A stretch of 63,193 nt of DNA, the filler included, from Octopus bimaculoides (lineage: Eukaryota), in NCBI RefSeq assembly GCF_001194135.2. It is 7 parts of 6 records of this genome, joined end to end, with 100 filler letters (N's around TTAATTAATTAA, not from the genome) between each part and the next. Parts side by side here need not be neighbours in the genome. Positions count along the whole stretch, not along the records: positions 1 to 15,965 come from NC_068998.1; 6 more parts are not named here. One strand, written 5' to 3'. The first letter of the stretch is position 1, and the number at the start of each line of letters is the position of its first letter. A model generated the notes under the pieces. It ran no database searches, was not told where the DNA came from, and was given only the letters and a program-made list of their open reading frames with translations. Below, in pieces: positions 1 through 12,444 of the stretch. Made by a program: the position numbers and the translations under genes.

Positions 1-54
1 TATATATATATATATATATATATAAACATACACATACACACATACATAAACACA

Positions 55-88
<34 letters not shown>

Positions 89-110
89 TGCACTCACACT
101 CACACACACA
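1..110. repeat. (TA)n/(CA)n microsatellite
   Basis: Direct reading. Other large arrays: (GATA) 611-670; (TG/CG) 6327-6397; (CAT/CGT/TGT) 7632-7742; (TACA) 12808-12963; (TA/TG) 13095-13192; (TA) 13950-14025; (TATC) 20128-20315; (AG) 20676-20755; 23220-23440; (AAT/GAT) 25040-25170; (GA) 29692-29760. Confidence 0.95.
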
Positions 111-612
111 CGTGCGCATAAACGCATAAACGCATAATCACATATACGTATCGGTTCCTTTCTTCTTCTCTGCCCCCGCCTTCTTCGCTTTTGTCTTCCA
201 TCCTCTTCTTGCCATTTTATTTTTTTCCACACCCTCGCCAATTCATACCACCTTTCCTCTCCACCTTCTACTCCGCCTTTATTTCAAATCCAATCTTTTC
301 CTTTTATTTTCTTCTGCCCCTATACTTTCTTCCCCTGACCTTTCTACTCTTCTCTTTCACTTTTTGCCTTTTATCAACTAATTAATGAATAAAAACTTAA
401 AATTTATCTTACCAACCTAGTTTTTATAGTTTCCGCTACAACTTACTCCTCCTACATAGTACTTAACACACCTTCCACTAAGAAGCCTTTAAAAGTAAAT
501 TATATATTGTTTTCTGGAATAAATTTTATTGAAAAACATATAATTTTTCAATAAAATCATTGAAACGTTCGAAATGAAGGACTCAAAATATCAATAATTT
601 GTTTTCTCTGAT

Positions 613-671
<59 letters not shown>

Positions 672-734
672 TGCGGTAAATGGGGATAAAATGTGTTTTA
701 TTCTTGAATATTATCGCGGTTCAAGACCAGATTC

Positions 735-1423
735 GGATCTCTCCTGTTTGGCTGCACTTTTTGAAATTTTTAGATTAAGTGAAAATTTTCAAATCTGGTG
801 TATTAATGTAATTTTTCACGCTGAATCTCAGGGTCTACTACACTTGTTCCAGAAGAATTTTTTTTATATAACTTACAGAAGTTTAAAGTTTGATCATTTT
901 TACCTTGTCAGAAAACAGGCTTTGGAAGCTGTCATTTTGTGCGTAACTGCAATCGTAAGACAACAAAACAATAACGTCAACATTCCGATAGTAGCATGTG
1001 TTTTAAGCATTTAATAAGTGAAAAAACGAGTAAGCAACACATATTTTCTAGTTTTAAGCATAGGTATCGAAAATGCAACATAAAATATCAAAAAATAGTG
1101 ACAGGTGGGTGCAATCAGGAAAACACAGCGTAAAGTATCAGTTTGTAAACAAACGTGATTTTTCGCATACAAGAGTTCCAACTCTTGGCTTGTTACTATA
1201 TGTCTGGGACTTTCGATTGGCTAAAATTACCCAAAATTTTTAAACTTTAAAAGTTATTAACTGTTTATTTATTGATTTATGACGAAAGTGAATTTCATGT
1301 CAATAATTAGCATACATAACTACATCAATACACCACATTTGAAATCGATTGGATCAAAATTCCAATTGATTTCTTCAACAAAATTGAAGAAATTGAAAAG
1401 TGTCAGTCACACAGAAAAGAACC
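735..1423. mobile_element. Old TIR element with GG termini (probable MITE)
   Basis: Left end ggatctctcctgtttggctgcacttttt vs reverse complement of right end ggttcttttctgtgtgactgacacttttc; no clean TSD. Confidence 0.4.
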
Positions 1424-1812
1424 CCCTGGATTCGAACTATAAACTATGAGTAACAACACTGAATATTTTAGATTTTTCTTTTTCAGCTTATTCTTCAGTA
1501 AAGTCAGCCATATTGAACTGATAACTGCAAATGAGTTCACTCATTTGGTTAACGGCCAGTGATCGTGTATTGCTTCTTTCATTTTTTTCCTAGGTTTCTG
1601 AAGTAATTACCTATCAGTTATGGTAATTATATTCCGTAGCATAGAAGGTCTTTGAAGTATTCACCCGGAGTCAATACAGAAGATTGTACGACTTAATTGC
1701 ATTCTAAAAAAAACAGTTTAATCTACATCTTCCAATCCCTGTATCAATAGGTTTCCTTTTGAGTAAGAACACATAAGATGAGAATAGATATGTGTTTGAC
1801 ATTGTAACTGAT

Positions 1813-1961
1813 GGCAATCTGTACATCCAACTCAACGTGTATGTATTGTTATAGCAACGAATACTGCATTATTTACTTTGAGAGTACCTGTCATGGGGTA
1901 AATAACGCAATATTCGGTGCTCTAACAATACATCCACGTTAAGTTGGATATGTAGATTGCC
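1813..1961. repeat. Hairpin with 64-bp arms (55/64 identical) and 21-nt loop
   Basis: 1813-1876 vs reverse complement of 1898-1961, ungapped, 9 mismatches. Confidence 0.85.
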
Positions 1962-2315
1962 TCTTGGTATTAATATTGCGTCTGTTGTTAATAATTATTG
2001 TAACAGATGTTCGTTAGGGTTCGTATTCGTTCCCCGTTTTACTTCTAATTTATGTTAGCTTCATCACGTGGAAAACTGATCAAGCCAGTGTACTGAATAT
2101 AATGAAGAAAGCTGGGCGACGTGGATTTCGTCGATGGCATTACGCTTCTATGGCATGAAGTAGGGTATGTACAGAAATTATCGTCTACTTTAAGTACAGA
2201 TGCAGAATAAGTTAGACTGGTACCAGTAGAGAGAAAACTAAAATTATATCCACTAATTATCACCATATCTATTGACAAATTTCCATAACTTGGAAGCATT
2301 ACTTCTAGTTGCGGT

Positions 2316-2548
2316 AAGGCGGTGAGCTGGCAGAATCGTTAGCACGCCGGGCAAAATATTCAGTGGCATTTCGTCCATCCTTACGTTTTGAGTTCAAATT
2401 CCGCCAAGATCGACTTTGCCTTTCATCCTTTCGGGGCCGATAAAATAAGTACCAGTTGAACATTGGTGTCGATGTAATCGACTTAATCTCTTCCTTGGAC
2501 TTACTGGCCTTGGACTTACTGGCCTTGTACCATAATTTGAAATCAATA
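2316..2548 (+). mobile_element. tRNA-derived SINE family A
   Basis: A-box TGGCAGAATCG, B-box GAGTTCAAATTCC, body gactttgcctttcatcctttcggg..taagtaccag. Correspondence to the published octopus OK/OR families not verified. Confidence 0.85.
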
Positions 2549-2644
2549 TTACTAGTCATGGTGATAAACAAGTCATTTAAAGGAGGTTTGGTGGAGGCTA
2601 CCATGGTTTCCCAGTGGTTGTGCATTGTATAGTCCAAAGTCTGT

Positions 2645-3045
2645 ATTTACATGGAGGAGAAATTACGCCTCTACGTGTGCACAGTGGTAACAACAGCTAT
2701 CTATTCCAGTGAAACATGGAAAAGTACAGCAAGCATTCGCAGCAAACTTGCTGTCTTTCAAAGGCTTTGCATGCTGTCGATAATGAACGATCAATGTGTA
2801 ACAGGGTCCTTTGAAGAGATTGTATTACAAATTAAAAAGTTATGGAAGGAGCTGGGATGGGAATTTGACGCGATACTGTGAAAAGAAGGGGAAAACAATT
2901 TATTAAATTTTGTGCTTTTAATAAAGGAAAGGATATCCCACAAAGCAACGACCTGTATACCAGAGGTCACCACAACAGGAAAAAGGGGAGACCATGTCAT
3001 GTCTGGGATGGGGAACAAGCGACAAAGGACAGGCGTCGCTCGATA
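2645..3045 (+). mobile_element. RTE-like LINE 3' fragment (post-RT region)
   Basis: EEKLRLYVCTVVTTAIYSSETWKSTASIRSKLAVFQRLCMLSI resembles the RTE KLRxYxxxVxxxLLYGSETW segment; GKRGRP-like motif near 2980. Confidence 0.6.
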
Positions 3046-3449
3046 TAAGTGAACTTCAGAAATGAAAATATTAAAAATGGTATGTGATTTTTCTTTCTCG
3101 TACTGGCTATGTTCAGTCAGTACTGAGTTAGGTGTTTCTCCTCTCATTAAAGCTTTCTGGACGTTCTTTTTTTTTTTTTTAATGAAAATTACTGTCATCC
3201 AATTTTCTTTTATGTGACCTTCCGTAAGTGATTCTTTATCCCACGTGTTTTCTATTCTTCTGCTTATTCCAGTTTCTTTCTGAAAAACAAACTGAAATAA
3301 GTAGAACAAAAGGAGACTTCTTTGAAGAGGTCACAGTATGTGGGACGAAAGAGCTTTGACAAAGAAACTAAAATAATAATAATAATGATAAATCTGAAGT
3401 GAAAGCAAAATATATAGTGTCAGTATTTAATTGCCAAAATATGGTCATT

Positions 3450-3760
3450 CCCAAGTATTACAATAAAGTAAACAATGGTTTTTAGGTGAAGTGTTTATGC
3501 GTTCAAAGAAACTACGATAGTAATTTGTTGATTGATCTCCAGTGCGTCACGAAGTCAAAACTATTCAAGATTATTGTTCTATAATATCCATAAACAAAGC
3601 AACATTTCTCTTGTCGGTGGGTGAGTATGATGAATTTGTCCTTTAAAGTCCTGGTCACTCTTCTTACTTCTTTGCAGGTGTTCGATTTTGAAGGACTGGC
3701 CTTTTCCAATACATTTCGAACTCTCCATCTTAGTTCTTCTGACTTCTCTGCGTTCAAATC
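3450..3760 (-). mobile_element. Penelope-like element remnant (pre-RT region)
   Basis: AEKSEELRWRVRNVLEKASPSKSNTCKEVRRVTRTLKDKFIILT matches the PLE AEELRxxVxxxLxKAKPPKSNxxKEERxAxxxLKxDxxIIILPADKG segment. Confidence 0.7.
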
Positions 3761-6553
3761 CCACCGTGCTTGACTTGGCTTTTCATTCGTCCGGGTTCGA
3801 TAAAAATATATAACTGTAAAATACCGACATCAATCAATATCTCTTTATTTCTGCTGAACATAGACCATGTTTCCACCAAACAGTCAGAAATGCAGTGACT
3901 TGTTCTTGGGTAATAGATATAATCTATCACCCAGTTTCACACAATCGCCATTAGCATCACCATCAAATAAGTGGACTCCACACTGTTCCTAAATTTCAGG
4001 CAGATTTCCAGTCTGAGTATATTTGCAGTTTTTTACATGTGTTATGATTTTTTCCTTCACTAATCTCGAACGCCCTACAACAGTCAAAGCTTCTATCCAT
4101 CCTCCTCTGACAGAACTATAAAAAATGTCAACTGAACTCCCTTCATTTCAAAAATTGGCCTCGGGCCTAAATAAGACGCCAGTTTTAGCCCTCACCTGAC
4201 ACCTTGATGTCACTCACTAATAAAACCCTTGATTTATTTTTAATGAGATTTCGCCGTAAATAAGATTTATATAAACAGAGTTTTAACAGTTGAGATTGTA
4301 ATGGTGAGTGGAATGTTTCGTTATTACTATGAAGACGTTTTACTCTTAAGTGGAATGAATGATATCATGTCAATAATACAGTAATCTCCTGACAAGAAAT
4401 ATCGAGGATAAATCTTCTATCGTCTAACTAAACACATATTTCAAGTCACTATCTCTAAACGATATCTATTTATCTTGATATTTCAGCTAGAGATATAAAT
4501 ATTAACTTTGAAAAATGTAATCGAAAGATGATCTGAGGAAAGTTGCCAAAAAGTGGGGTTCGATAATCCTATATCTATTCTATTCAGAATTCTCTCATGA
4601 AAAGACCAAATGAGTGGTAAGTTGAGTAAAAGCCATAAGTAACAAAAGAGTCGTTCAAGTATTACAGAGGAACGAGAAAATCGAAATTTGTGAATGTCGA
4701 CCAAGCTTTTATGCAGTTGCTTTCTATGCAAGCTACAAAGAAAAATACTTAAGGGAAAAGACATTGAATTACAAAAAAAATCTTGTTTTATTATATTTTT
4801 AATTTCTATTTTGTACATTGAGTAATCAAATATAGTTCTTTGTTACTTATTGGATATGAAATACCGAATAATGATTATTGCTGCAACAAATACCAAACTC
4901 CTTCAGCAGGAAAAAATATATAATTAAGAATAATGATTTCTAGGATTGGCACTAGAGAATTGTAGACAGTGGTATAGTTCAGTGTTTCTGATAGGAAGAG
5001 GAGACTGTGAAGACAGAAAAGGAGGACAAATTCCATATTTAATAAGATTGAAAGGATTTCCAGCTTTTTCAGTTTGTGCAACTCCTTGGCGAAGAAAGAA
5101 GGTATTATAGGGATACAAACTCTACTAAGTCTTCGCATTAATAAAAAGAGAGTTACCAAAAAGTATTCACTAATACTTGCAGAGAGCCTCATATTTACCA
5201 ATTTGAGAACCCATAGCGGGACCGGGACTATTTTTTATAGACCTCAGAGGGATGAAAAACAAAAGACAGATATCCGACGAAATTTGAACTCAGAACATAA
5301 GGAAATATAACTAAATATTGCATTGTATTTTGTCCAACGGTCAACCGTTTCATCCGTTACATATATTAAGATGCAGTAGAGTGTTTATATACAGGAGTTT
5401 TTTTTACAAAACTTGTAATATTACACAAAGTCTCTTCCATTATGTTCTTGAAACAATTTTCTGTGTCAATTAAATCTTTGAATTTTCAATACATGTTTCT
5501 TGGCCAGTCTGTGGTTATCTTGTTGATGGTGTCGTTGCTGCTCCTGCTGTTTAACCCAGACTCAGCCCTGATTGAGTAGGTATGGATGTGATCAAAGGCG
5601 TTCCATCTGTGACCATCCTGTCTTTTTGTTTGTATTGATAGAACTACATTTTTTATTAAAATGTTAGAATGTAGTTTGACATTTCCTCCTTCACAGCCCT
5701 GTTATATTGAAATAGCAGATCGAACGACCGCGTAAAACTTCTCTCGTTGGCTCGTCAGTTAAATGTTCTTGTTGTTGTTGTTAGCCTCAAGTTGATCAAA
5801 GGAATTCCAGATGTGACCATCATGTCTTTTCAAACACTATGTATTCTAATTCATATTATCAATTGCGGTAGTGTGTGATTTTAGAGACATTTGTTTGCTA
5901 TTTCAAGCCTGTTAAGCTACTAAATCACGGTTCATTTTTTGGTTCGTGGTCCCAGTTCGGTGACCAGAATAGTGGTGGCGTCGCTCATTGGTATAATGGG
6001 CATTTGGTCAAAATATCCTCCATGTTTGTAGTTGAAATGAACTGTTCAAATAGTATTTCTTCTCATACTGACATATTGATGCCTTCTTTTGATGTTTTTT
6101 TCTTGTCTTTTTGTTTTATTGAGCATATCGAAATGCTGCCCGAGAATATTATACTAAATCACGTAGCTCAGGGACGTTCTTTTATTTATTATCGTTGGAA
6201 GAAAATTGCCGCTTCGATTATAGAAATAGTATTGGCATTTCCTTCTTCAAAGTCCAGATGTATTGGAATAACGATGACACATTTTTAAGGAAGTCGAAGA
6301 TACGCTAGAAAAAATTCCATATCGACTCTGTGTGTGTGTGTGTGTGCGCGCGCGCGCGTGCGTGTGCGTGTGCGTGTGCGTGCACGCGCGTGTGTGTATC
6401 GAACAACGAGAATGAATGCTCAACACCACATTGGTGAATAAAGATTTTTTATTTGTGTATTAAGGCTACCATTGGTTTCATTTAAGGAACTTTCTCAGCA
6501 ATTATTCAGGCCTATCACTTAGAAAAATAGTATTCGTTTTCATTTTGGATTAA

Positions 6554-6878
6554 AACACGGAAAGTCACAGAAAATCATGATAAAATCACACGAGAATTTA
6601 AGTAAACAAAAACAAGACATCAAGGGTAATGAGTATTACACATATCCAGGACATTATATGATATTATCGTTCAGCAACCCCAAACCTTACAAATTCGAAG
6701 CTGAAATATGTGTAAGAATATGAAATATACATGTAACAATCATGTAACTGTCCCTTTAGCATTAATATAAACCGACCGGTTTAAAACGGAAGTCATGTAA
6801 GGTCAGTTGAGCCTTTTAATGAATGTCTTTTCTCGTCCTCACTCTATATCCTTCCTTCACATTTTCCATCTCATCACC
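6554..6878. repeat. About 325-bp dispersed repeat with an inverted copy at 10213-10544
   Basis: Collinear reverse-complement match, e.g. aaatcatgataaaatcacacgagaatttaagtaaacaaaaacaaga vs tcttgtttttgtttacttaaattctcgtgtgattttatcatgatttt. Confidence 0.85.
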
Positions 6879-7653
6879 ACAGCCTCCACACACCTTCCTT
6901 CAACATTCATTAACCCACATACCCCAATTCTCATTTTGATTGCTACGTCTAAAATAGTCCACGGTATCTGCTCTACTGTCACTGCCGTTCGCAAAACTGT
7001 TATGCCCGCGCCACAAAAAAAGGGTAGTTGAAGTGGGTATGCCCTGACAACTGAACAAGATTACTGTTATACTGTGCCATTTTTTAGGTTAATGGATGTT
7101 GTCTTAACTTTATTTCTAAAATGCATGAAATAATGCACAAATGAACAAATTAGCAAAGATATTTCGGAGGTGCACTTGCCAAGCAAATGATTTGATCTGT
7201 GACCGTGTGTGGAAACGAAAACGATTGTAGCTTGAAAAGACATACGTTAACCATTCAAAAACACACAGAGATTGTTAACTTCACTTAAACGTTGTTTGTA
7301 ATATAGTGCCAAACATTGAATAAACAAGTGAGTGAACCTGCAAAGAGGCCGTTCGGCTAAATGAAATTCAAATTATACAACAGATGCAGCTCTACATAAA
7401 AGGTTTTGTCTGTTTGAAATACTTCGAGTATGTTTGGACGACTACTGCAGCTTCTGACTTCTTAACAGTGACTTACGTTAAGTATGTCACACAGCTTTTT
7501 ACGTTCTGAATTCAAATACCACCGAGGTCATCTCTACCTTTCATCCTAGGGTCAATGCAATCGAATTGCTCGCTCCCCTTAAAACTGCTGGCCCTGTGCC
7601 AAAACTAGAAAGAATTTTCATTATTATTTTTTATCATCATCATCTTCATCATC

Positions 7654-7685
<32 letters not shown>

Positions 7686-7965
7686 CATCGTCATCGTCAT
7701 CGTCGTCTTCGGCGTCGTCGTCGTCGTTGTTGTTGTTGTTGTTCAAACTCAGTGATATAATATTTCGCTTGGATAAAGTAAAATTCTACTGCTACCTAGG
7801 TAGATGTGAGTCTGCTATACACCACCTGGCATTTATTTAAGTGTCCTAAAGTTCTAATTTGTGTTACCCCCAGCGGAGCTCTCTGAAGATATTTTTCATT
7901 GCCTTTCTAAACAAAGTTATTATTTCTCAACGATAAATAAAGTGACTGCTTTGTTTCTTTTTCAG

Positions 7966-8082
7966 TTTCCGGCCGATTTATAAACACTCGTGAAGATGTA
8001 CCTTCAGATCACAACAATAACTGCTCACCACCAAAACATCACCACTTCAGATCACCACCAAAACATCTAGATGTTCAGCAAG
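7966..8082 (+). CDS. Candidate internal exon of an unidentified gene (117 nt, phase 1-1): xSGRFINTREDVPSDHNNNCSPPKHHHFRSPPKHLDVQQx
   Basis: Strong acceptor ttgtttctttttcag|, donor CAAG|gtaact, length divisible by 3, exactly one stop-free frame, non-repeat composition. No homology recognised. Confidence 0.45.
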
Positions 8083-8460
8083 GTAACTACTGGTACCTAT
8101 TCTATATTTTCTTTACGTGATATATTTGAAATCCTTTCTAACGGATTGTTGAATTCATATAGCACTGACTGCCAAGTCATTATCCACTTTCAGTGATTTG
8201 ATACCGCGCTTAGATGGACTAAGATTATACTAATAAGGTTCATGTGAGTCTATGTATTATAACATCTTGACATTTATTTACGCGCTAAAAATCGTATTTT
8301 TCAGTCAAACCGATGGAGAAGTGAAACTGTAAAAGCAAGTGTCCCATAGTCCATGCACAGGAGTTGCATAAAAATTCATAAAATAATTCTTTATGTAACA
8401 TTAGATTAGTCTCGATTTTTACTCAACTGGTATCTCAACTGATAGAATAATTTTTGATCA

Positions 8461-8691
8461 GGCGACGAGCTGGCAGAAACGTTAGCACTCCAGGCGAAAT
8501 GCTTAGCGGTATTTCGTCCGCCGTTACGTTCTGAGTTCAAATTCCGCCGAGGTCGACTTTGCCTTTCATCCTTTCGAGATCGATTAAATAAGTACCAGTT
8601 ACGCACTGGGGTCGATATAATCGACTTAATCCGTTTGGCTGTCCTTGTTTGTCCCCTTTATGTTTAGCCCCTTGTGGGCAATAAAGAAATA
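8461..8691 (+). mobile_element. SINE family A (gtttgtcccct tail subfamily) with a TSD of about 17 bp
   Basis: Full head and tail; flanks agaataatttttgatca (8444-8460) / agaattctttttgatca (8692-8708). Confidence 0.9.
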
Positions 8692-8884
8692 AGAATTCTT
8701 TTTGATCATTCTTTAGCAGTCGTACTCAAATGAGGAGAATTTTACTCGAAATATAAGGAAACAATATTTCCATGGTAACATTGCAGTCTCTTTAATTTTA
8801 TTGTTATTGTTGTTGCAATATTCACTGATATATTTGCATAGTAAAAGCTTTCTAAAACCCTTTTTCCGTATTTCACAATGCTTT

Positions 8885-10150
8885 AAGCGATCTCTAAAAC
8901 TTTTTTATTACTAATCTTGAGCCAGGAGAAATTTGCAACTGTTAAAGAACTATTCCAGCTATCAGAGTGATGCACCAGTGCTGACTGCCAAACTGACTTC
9001 TTTAAACGCTGCCCCAACAACATTGCCATAATATCTCTAAATGAAAATACACCACATTTAAATCCTGACATCTCTACCACCAAACTCATCAACTTGTACG
9101 AAAACTCTCTCGACGACTTCTACTAATGACCTTAACACTGAACACTCTGCCCTGAAAAGCCACCACGGGGTTTAACCGATGCTACCACAACTGTGTCGAG
9201 CTCGAGAAGAAATATCTTAAACAGAAGTTCTTTTAATTCTACTGCGTACATTATATTTCCTTTCATGTATCAACATCAAATTTGATAGACAAAATAACAA
9301 CTCGAGCACATACGTCAACATTCTTGTTCACAGTTCAAGGCGGCGGGCTGGCAGAATGGTTAGCACGCCGGACGAAATGCTTAGCGATATTTTATCTGTC
9401 TTTACGTTCTGAGTTCAAATTCCACTGAGGTCGATTTTGCCTATCATTCTTTCGGAGTCAATAAATTAAGTACTGGGGTCGATCTAATCGACTAGCCCCT
9501 TCTCCAAAAATGTCAGGCCTGGAGTAGTAAAGATTCTTGTTCATAGTTCACTAGCATTAGATCTCTCACACAAAGCACCTCAGTCTCGACCTCTCGTTCA
9601 TCATTCTATTTTGAAACCATTTTTTGTCCGACTACATTTTAGCTCAAATGGATATCTACCCCAACAGTTCTAACCACAATACCACCATCACCAATACCAA
9701 CGTCACCACACATCCGAAATTCCCTGCCTATCACTCCAACATTCTATCTAACCCCCAGCAACCACAATCTCGAGTGCAAACTATCTAGAATTGAACAGTT
9801 CATATTTGACAGTTTGTAGGTGCATACCAATGCAACCCCTAACCTTTCGATACCCCCAACTCACCGCTTTAAGAAGCCTACAACCGAATGACCTCATCTA
9901 ACTTCCCTTGTGCAAAGGAAAAAAATTCTGTCATCACCCGCTATACCTGTAATAAACCAGTGTATAGACACCTCAACCTGTATCTAGAAACCAGTCATTT
10001 GAACTGACAACTGCAATCGATGTAGCTTCCCAACAATCAACAGACTTCCCAAATCATTAAAACTCGTAACAAGAACCAGTTACTAAAAGCTGAACCATCG
10101 TTTCGAGCATAAAGGATTCCTTCTACAAACTTCTATGGTTCCTCCCCCGC
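8885..10150 (+). mobile_element. Degenerate Penelope-like element (N-terminal ORF to start of RT), interrupted by a SINE
   Basis: Decayed motifs TDFFKRC (about 8990-9010), ALRSLQPNDLI*LPLCKG (9866-9920, cf. IILPADKG) and NFYG (about 10128, cf. FYGLPKIHK); many stops and frameshifts. Confidence 0.5.
9338..9532 (+). mobile_element. SINE family A with 18-bp TSD, nested in a PLE remnant
   Basis: attcttgttcacagttca (9320-9337) / attcttgttcatagttca (9533-9550). Confidence 0.88.
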
Positions 10151-11467
10151 GATTATATTATAGTTCTTAAATCTCACAGAAAGAGGCAGGTTGGTGTGTT
10201 TGTGTGTTTGGTGTGATGAGATGGAAGATGTGAGGGAGGAATATAGAGTGAAGACGAGAAAAAACATTCATTAAAAGGCTCAACTGACCTTACACTACTT
10301 CCGCTGTAAACCGGTCCGTTTATATTAATGCTAAAGGGACAGTTACATGATTATTACATGTATATTACATATTCTTACACATATTTCAACGTCGAATTTG
10401 TAAGGGTTTGGGGTTGCTGAATGATAAGTTTCTTTATATCATAATGTCCTGGATATGTGTAATACTCATTATCCTTGATATCTTGTTTTTGTTTACTTAA
10501 ATTCTCGTGTGATTTTATCATGATTTTCCGTGACTTTTCGTGTTCTGAAATCCTTACTCTTAACCTTCATAGGACAAGTCAGGTGTTCAGATGAAGTTAT
10601 TCTACAACTATATCGACTCAACCCTAAGATCACCAAATATAACAGATATCCATTCAATCTCAACGACATATTCCTCTCTACATCGGTACCTGCAACCTTG
10701 CTGTCACCCAGCTAAATGCATCGCTAACCTACACTGTTTTGCTGACCGTAACCAACATTCACCAACTCCTGCCTACAGCACTAATTTAGCTTTCTTGGCA
10801 ACACTTGCTGACTTCACATCTTCTCATGAATATCTTGCCTATCAGGCCTTCATGAACCAATTAATACGCAGAACGTTCAACACGCACCACTTAAGCGCCT
10901 TATTCCAGATACATAAATAACATCTTAACCCTCTATCTTCTTCTGAAGGGCTCAAAAAGATATTCAGTGGTGGAGGAGTACAGACGTACGATTTACACTG
11001 TACTAGGTGTGTACGATTAGACTTTATCACGGTTTTGGTTGTGGTTGATTTTTTTTTCCTAAGAATTCAGAAACAACCTTTTGACGTTTTCCTCTTCTTT
11101 CAACTTTATTTTCACTTTTATTTTCACTTCTGCTATAATGATGAAGACTACACTAAACTAACACTTTTTTTTATTTTTATTTCTACCTGTTTCAGGTAGA
11201 AGAACTCTTTAGTCAAAAGAATCGACCCCGGTACTTATTTTTGCAAGCCTGGTAATTATTATATTGGTATCTTTTGCCGAACTGCTAAATTACGGGAACG
11301 TAAACACAGCAACACCGGTTGTCAAGCGGTGGTGTTGATGGGACAAAGATGCACACACATATACACGCTCTTGCGCGCGCACACACACATATACACACGC
11401 ACACACACATATAATATTGGATAGAATCTATAAACATTTAATGCATCGCTACGCGCGTTTCCACAAA

Positions 11468-12430
11468 TCACATGAATCTTAAGATCACAGTCCATATTCT
11501 TGGGATGATTACAGTGTTGGAATCAGCACTAGTACTACAAATGCATTGTGTGATATTGTCTTGTGGTTCCGACTGCCATATTTCTCTGAGTCTGGCATAA
11601 TATTCTTTGCTCACATTGTCTTTATTCCCAATACCTCCGAATGATATGCTTCCATCAACGCCTAGGTCCTTGTGGCATTCTTTTTGTGGGACAGGAGAGG
11701 TAGTAAGACCATTGATACACAAGGTGTGGGTTTGGAGGACTGATTTTCCACGTTCAATAATCAAATATGAACATTTCCTTTGGCCAAATTCCATTCTCTA
11801 GCAGTTGCATACCCCATTTCATTTTTGTAGCCATTTCATTTTTGTAGCCATTTCATTTTTGTAGCAGGAACAATAGATTTAATGCCAAAGTGAAAAGAAT
11901 TACAGAAAGAATAACTCCTTAGAATATTCCCTCGAAGACAATCGTTCTTCTCTCAGCTCTAAGTGTAAGAATTGTTGTACAGGTTTTTGTGAGCCTCAAT
12001 GGCTGCAACTGAAATAACAAGCACTTTTGCAAAATGAAAACACTTCAGCAGTCATGAGTGGAGAATAGTCAAATTCTTTCCTATAATCAAGCCATACAGT
12101 TGTAAGGGTCTTACGATGTTGTTGTTTTTTTTTTTGTTTTTTTTTACTTCAGACAATATAGTTTTGTTTATCAAAAGTTGTTCAGTACACAACCACATTC
12201 CCTTCATCACACCGGCCTGCTCACTAGTCACCACGTTGCTGGACTCACAATGATTCTGGAGGAAATGATTGAAGCAGCTTCTGTACAGTTTGTACATGAT
12301 ATTCAAGCAAGCAATGGTCCTACAGTTTTCTGCCAACTCGGTGGTTACATTCTTCGCTATAATATTTGTCCATACTGTGCCAAACCAATATGGTGTCTCA
12401 ATCTGAAAATCTTCGCTACCGCAAGCAAAT
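11468..12430 (-). mobile_element. R4/Dong-like non-LTR retrotransposon RT remnant (sense segment)
   Basis: TPYWFGTVWTNIIAKN..ENCRTIACLNIMYKLY..EQAGVMKGMWLCTEQLLINKTIL; GIF*GVILSVILFTLALN; MEFGQRKCSYL..HKDLGVDG..KEYYARLREIWQSE. The YxDD region is deleted. Confidence 0.75.
11814..11864. repeat. 17-bp unit x3 (ccatttcatttttgtag)
   Basis: Three exact tandem units, inside the R4/Dong-like remnant next to its internal deletion. Confidence 0.9.
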
Positions 12431-12444
12431 TTTTGAACGAGCCT

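Noticed and set aside
2316-2420. tRNA-like A/B boxes here and in many other places
   Set aside because: These are SINE heads continuing into a common body; no complete cloverleaf tRNA gene was seen.
5875-6288. 137-aa ORF, and hydrophobic minus-strand ORFs at 4483-5201
   Set aside because: No recognisable domain and no convincing splice context; composition explained by AT-rich codons.
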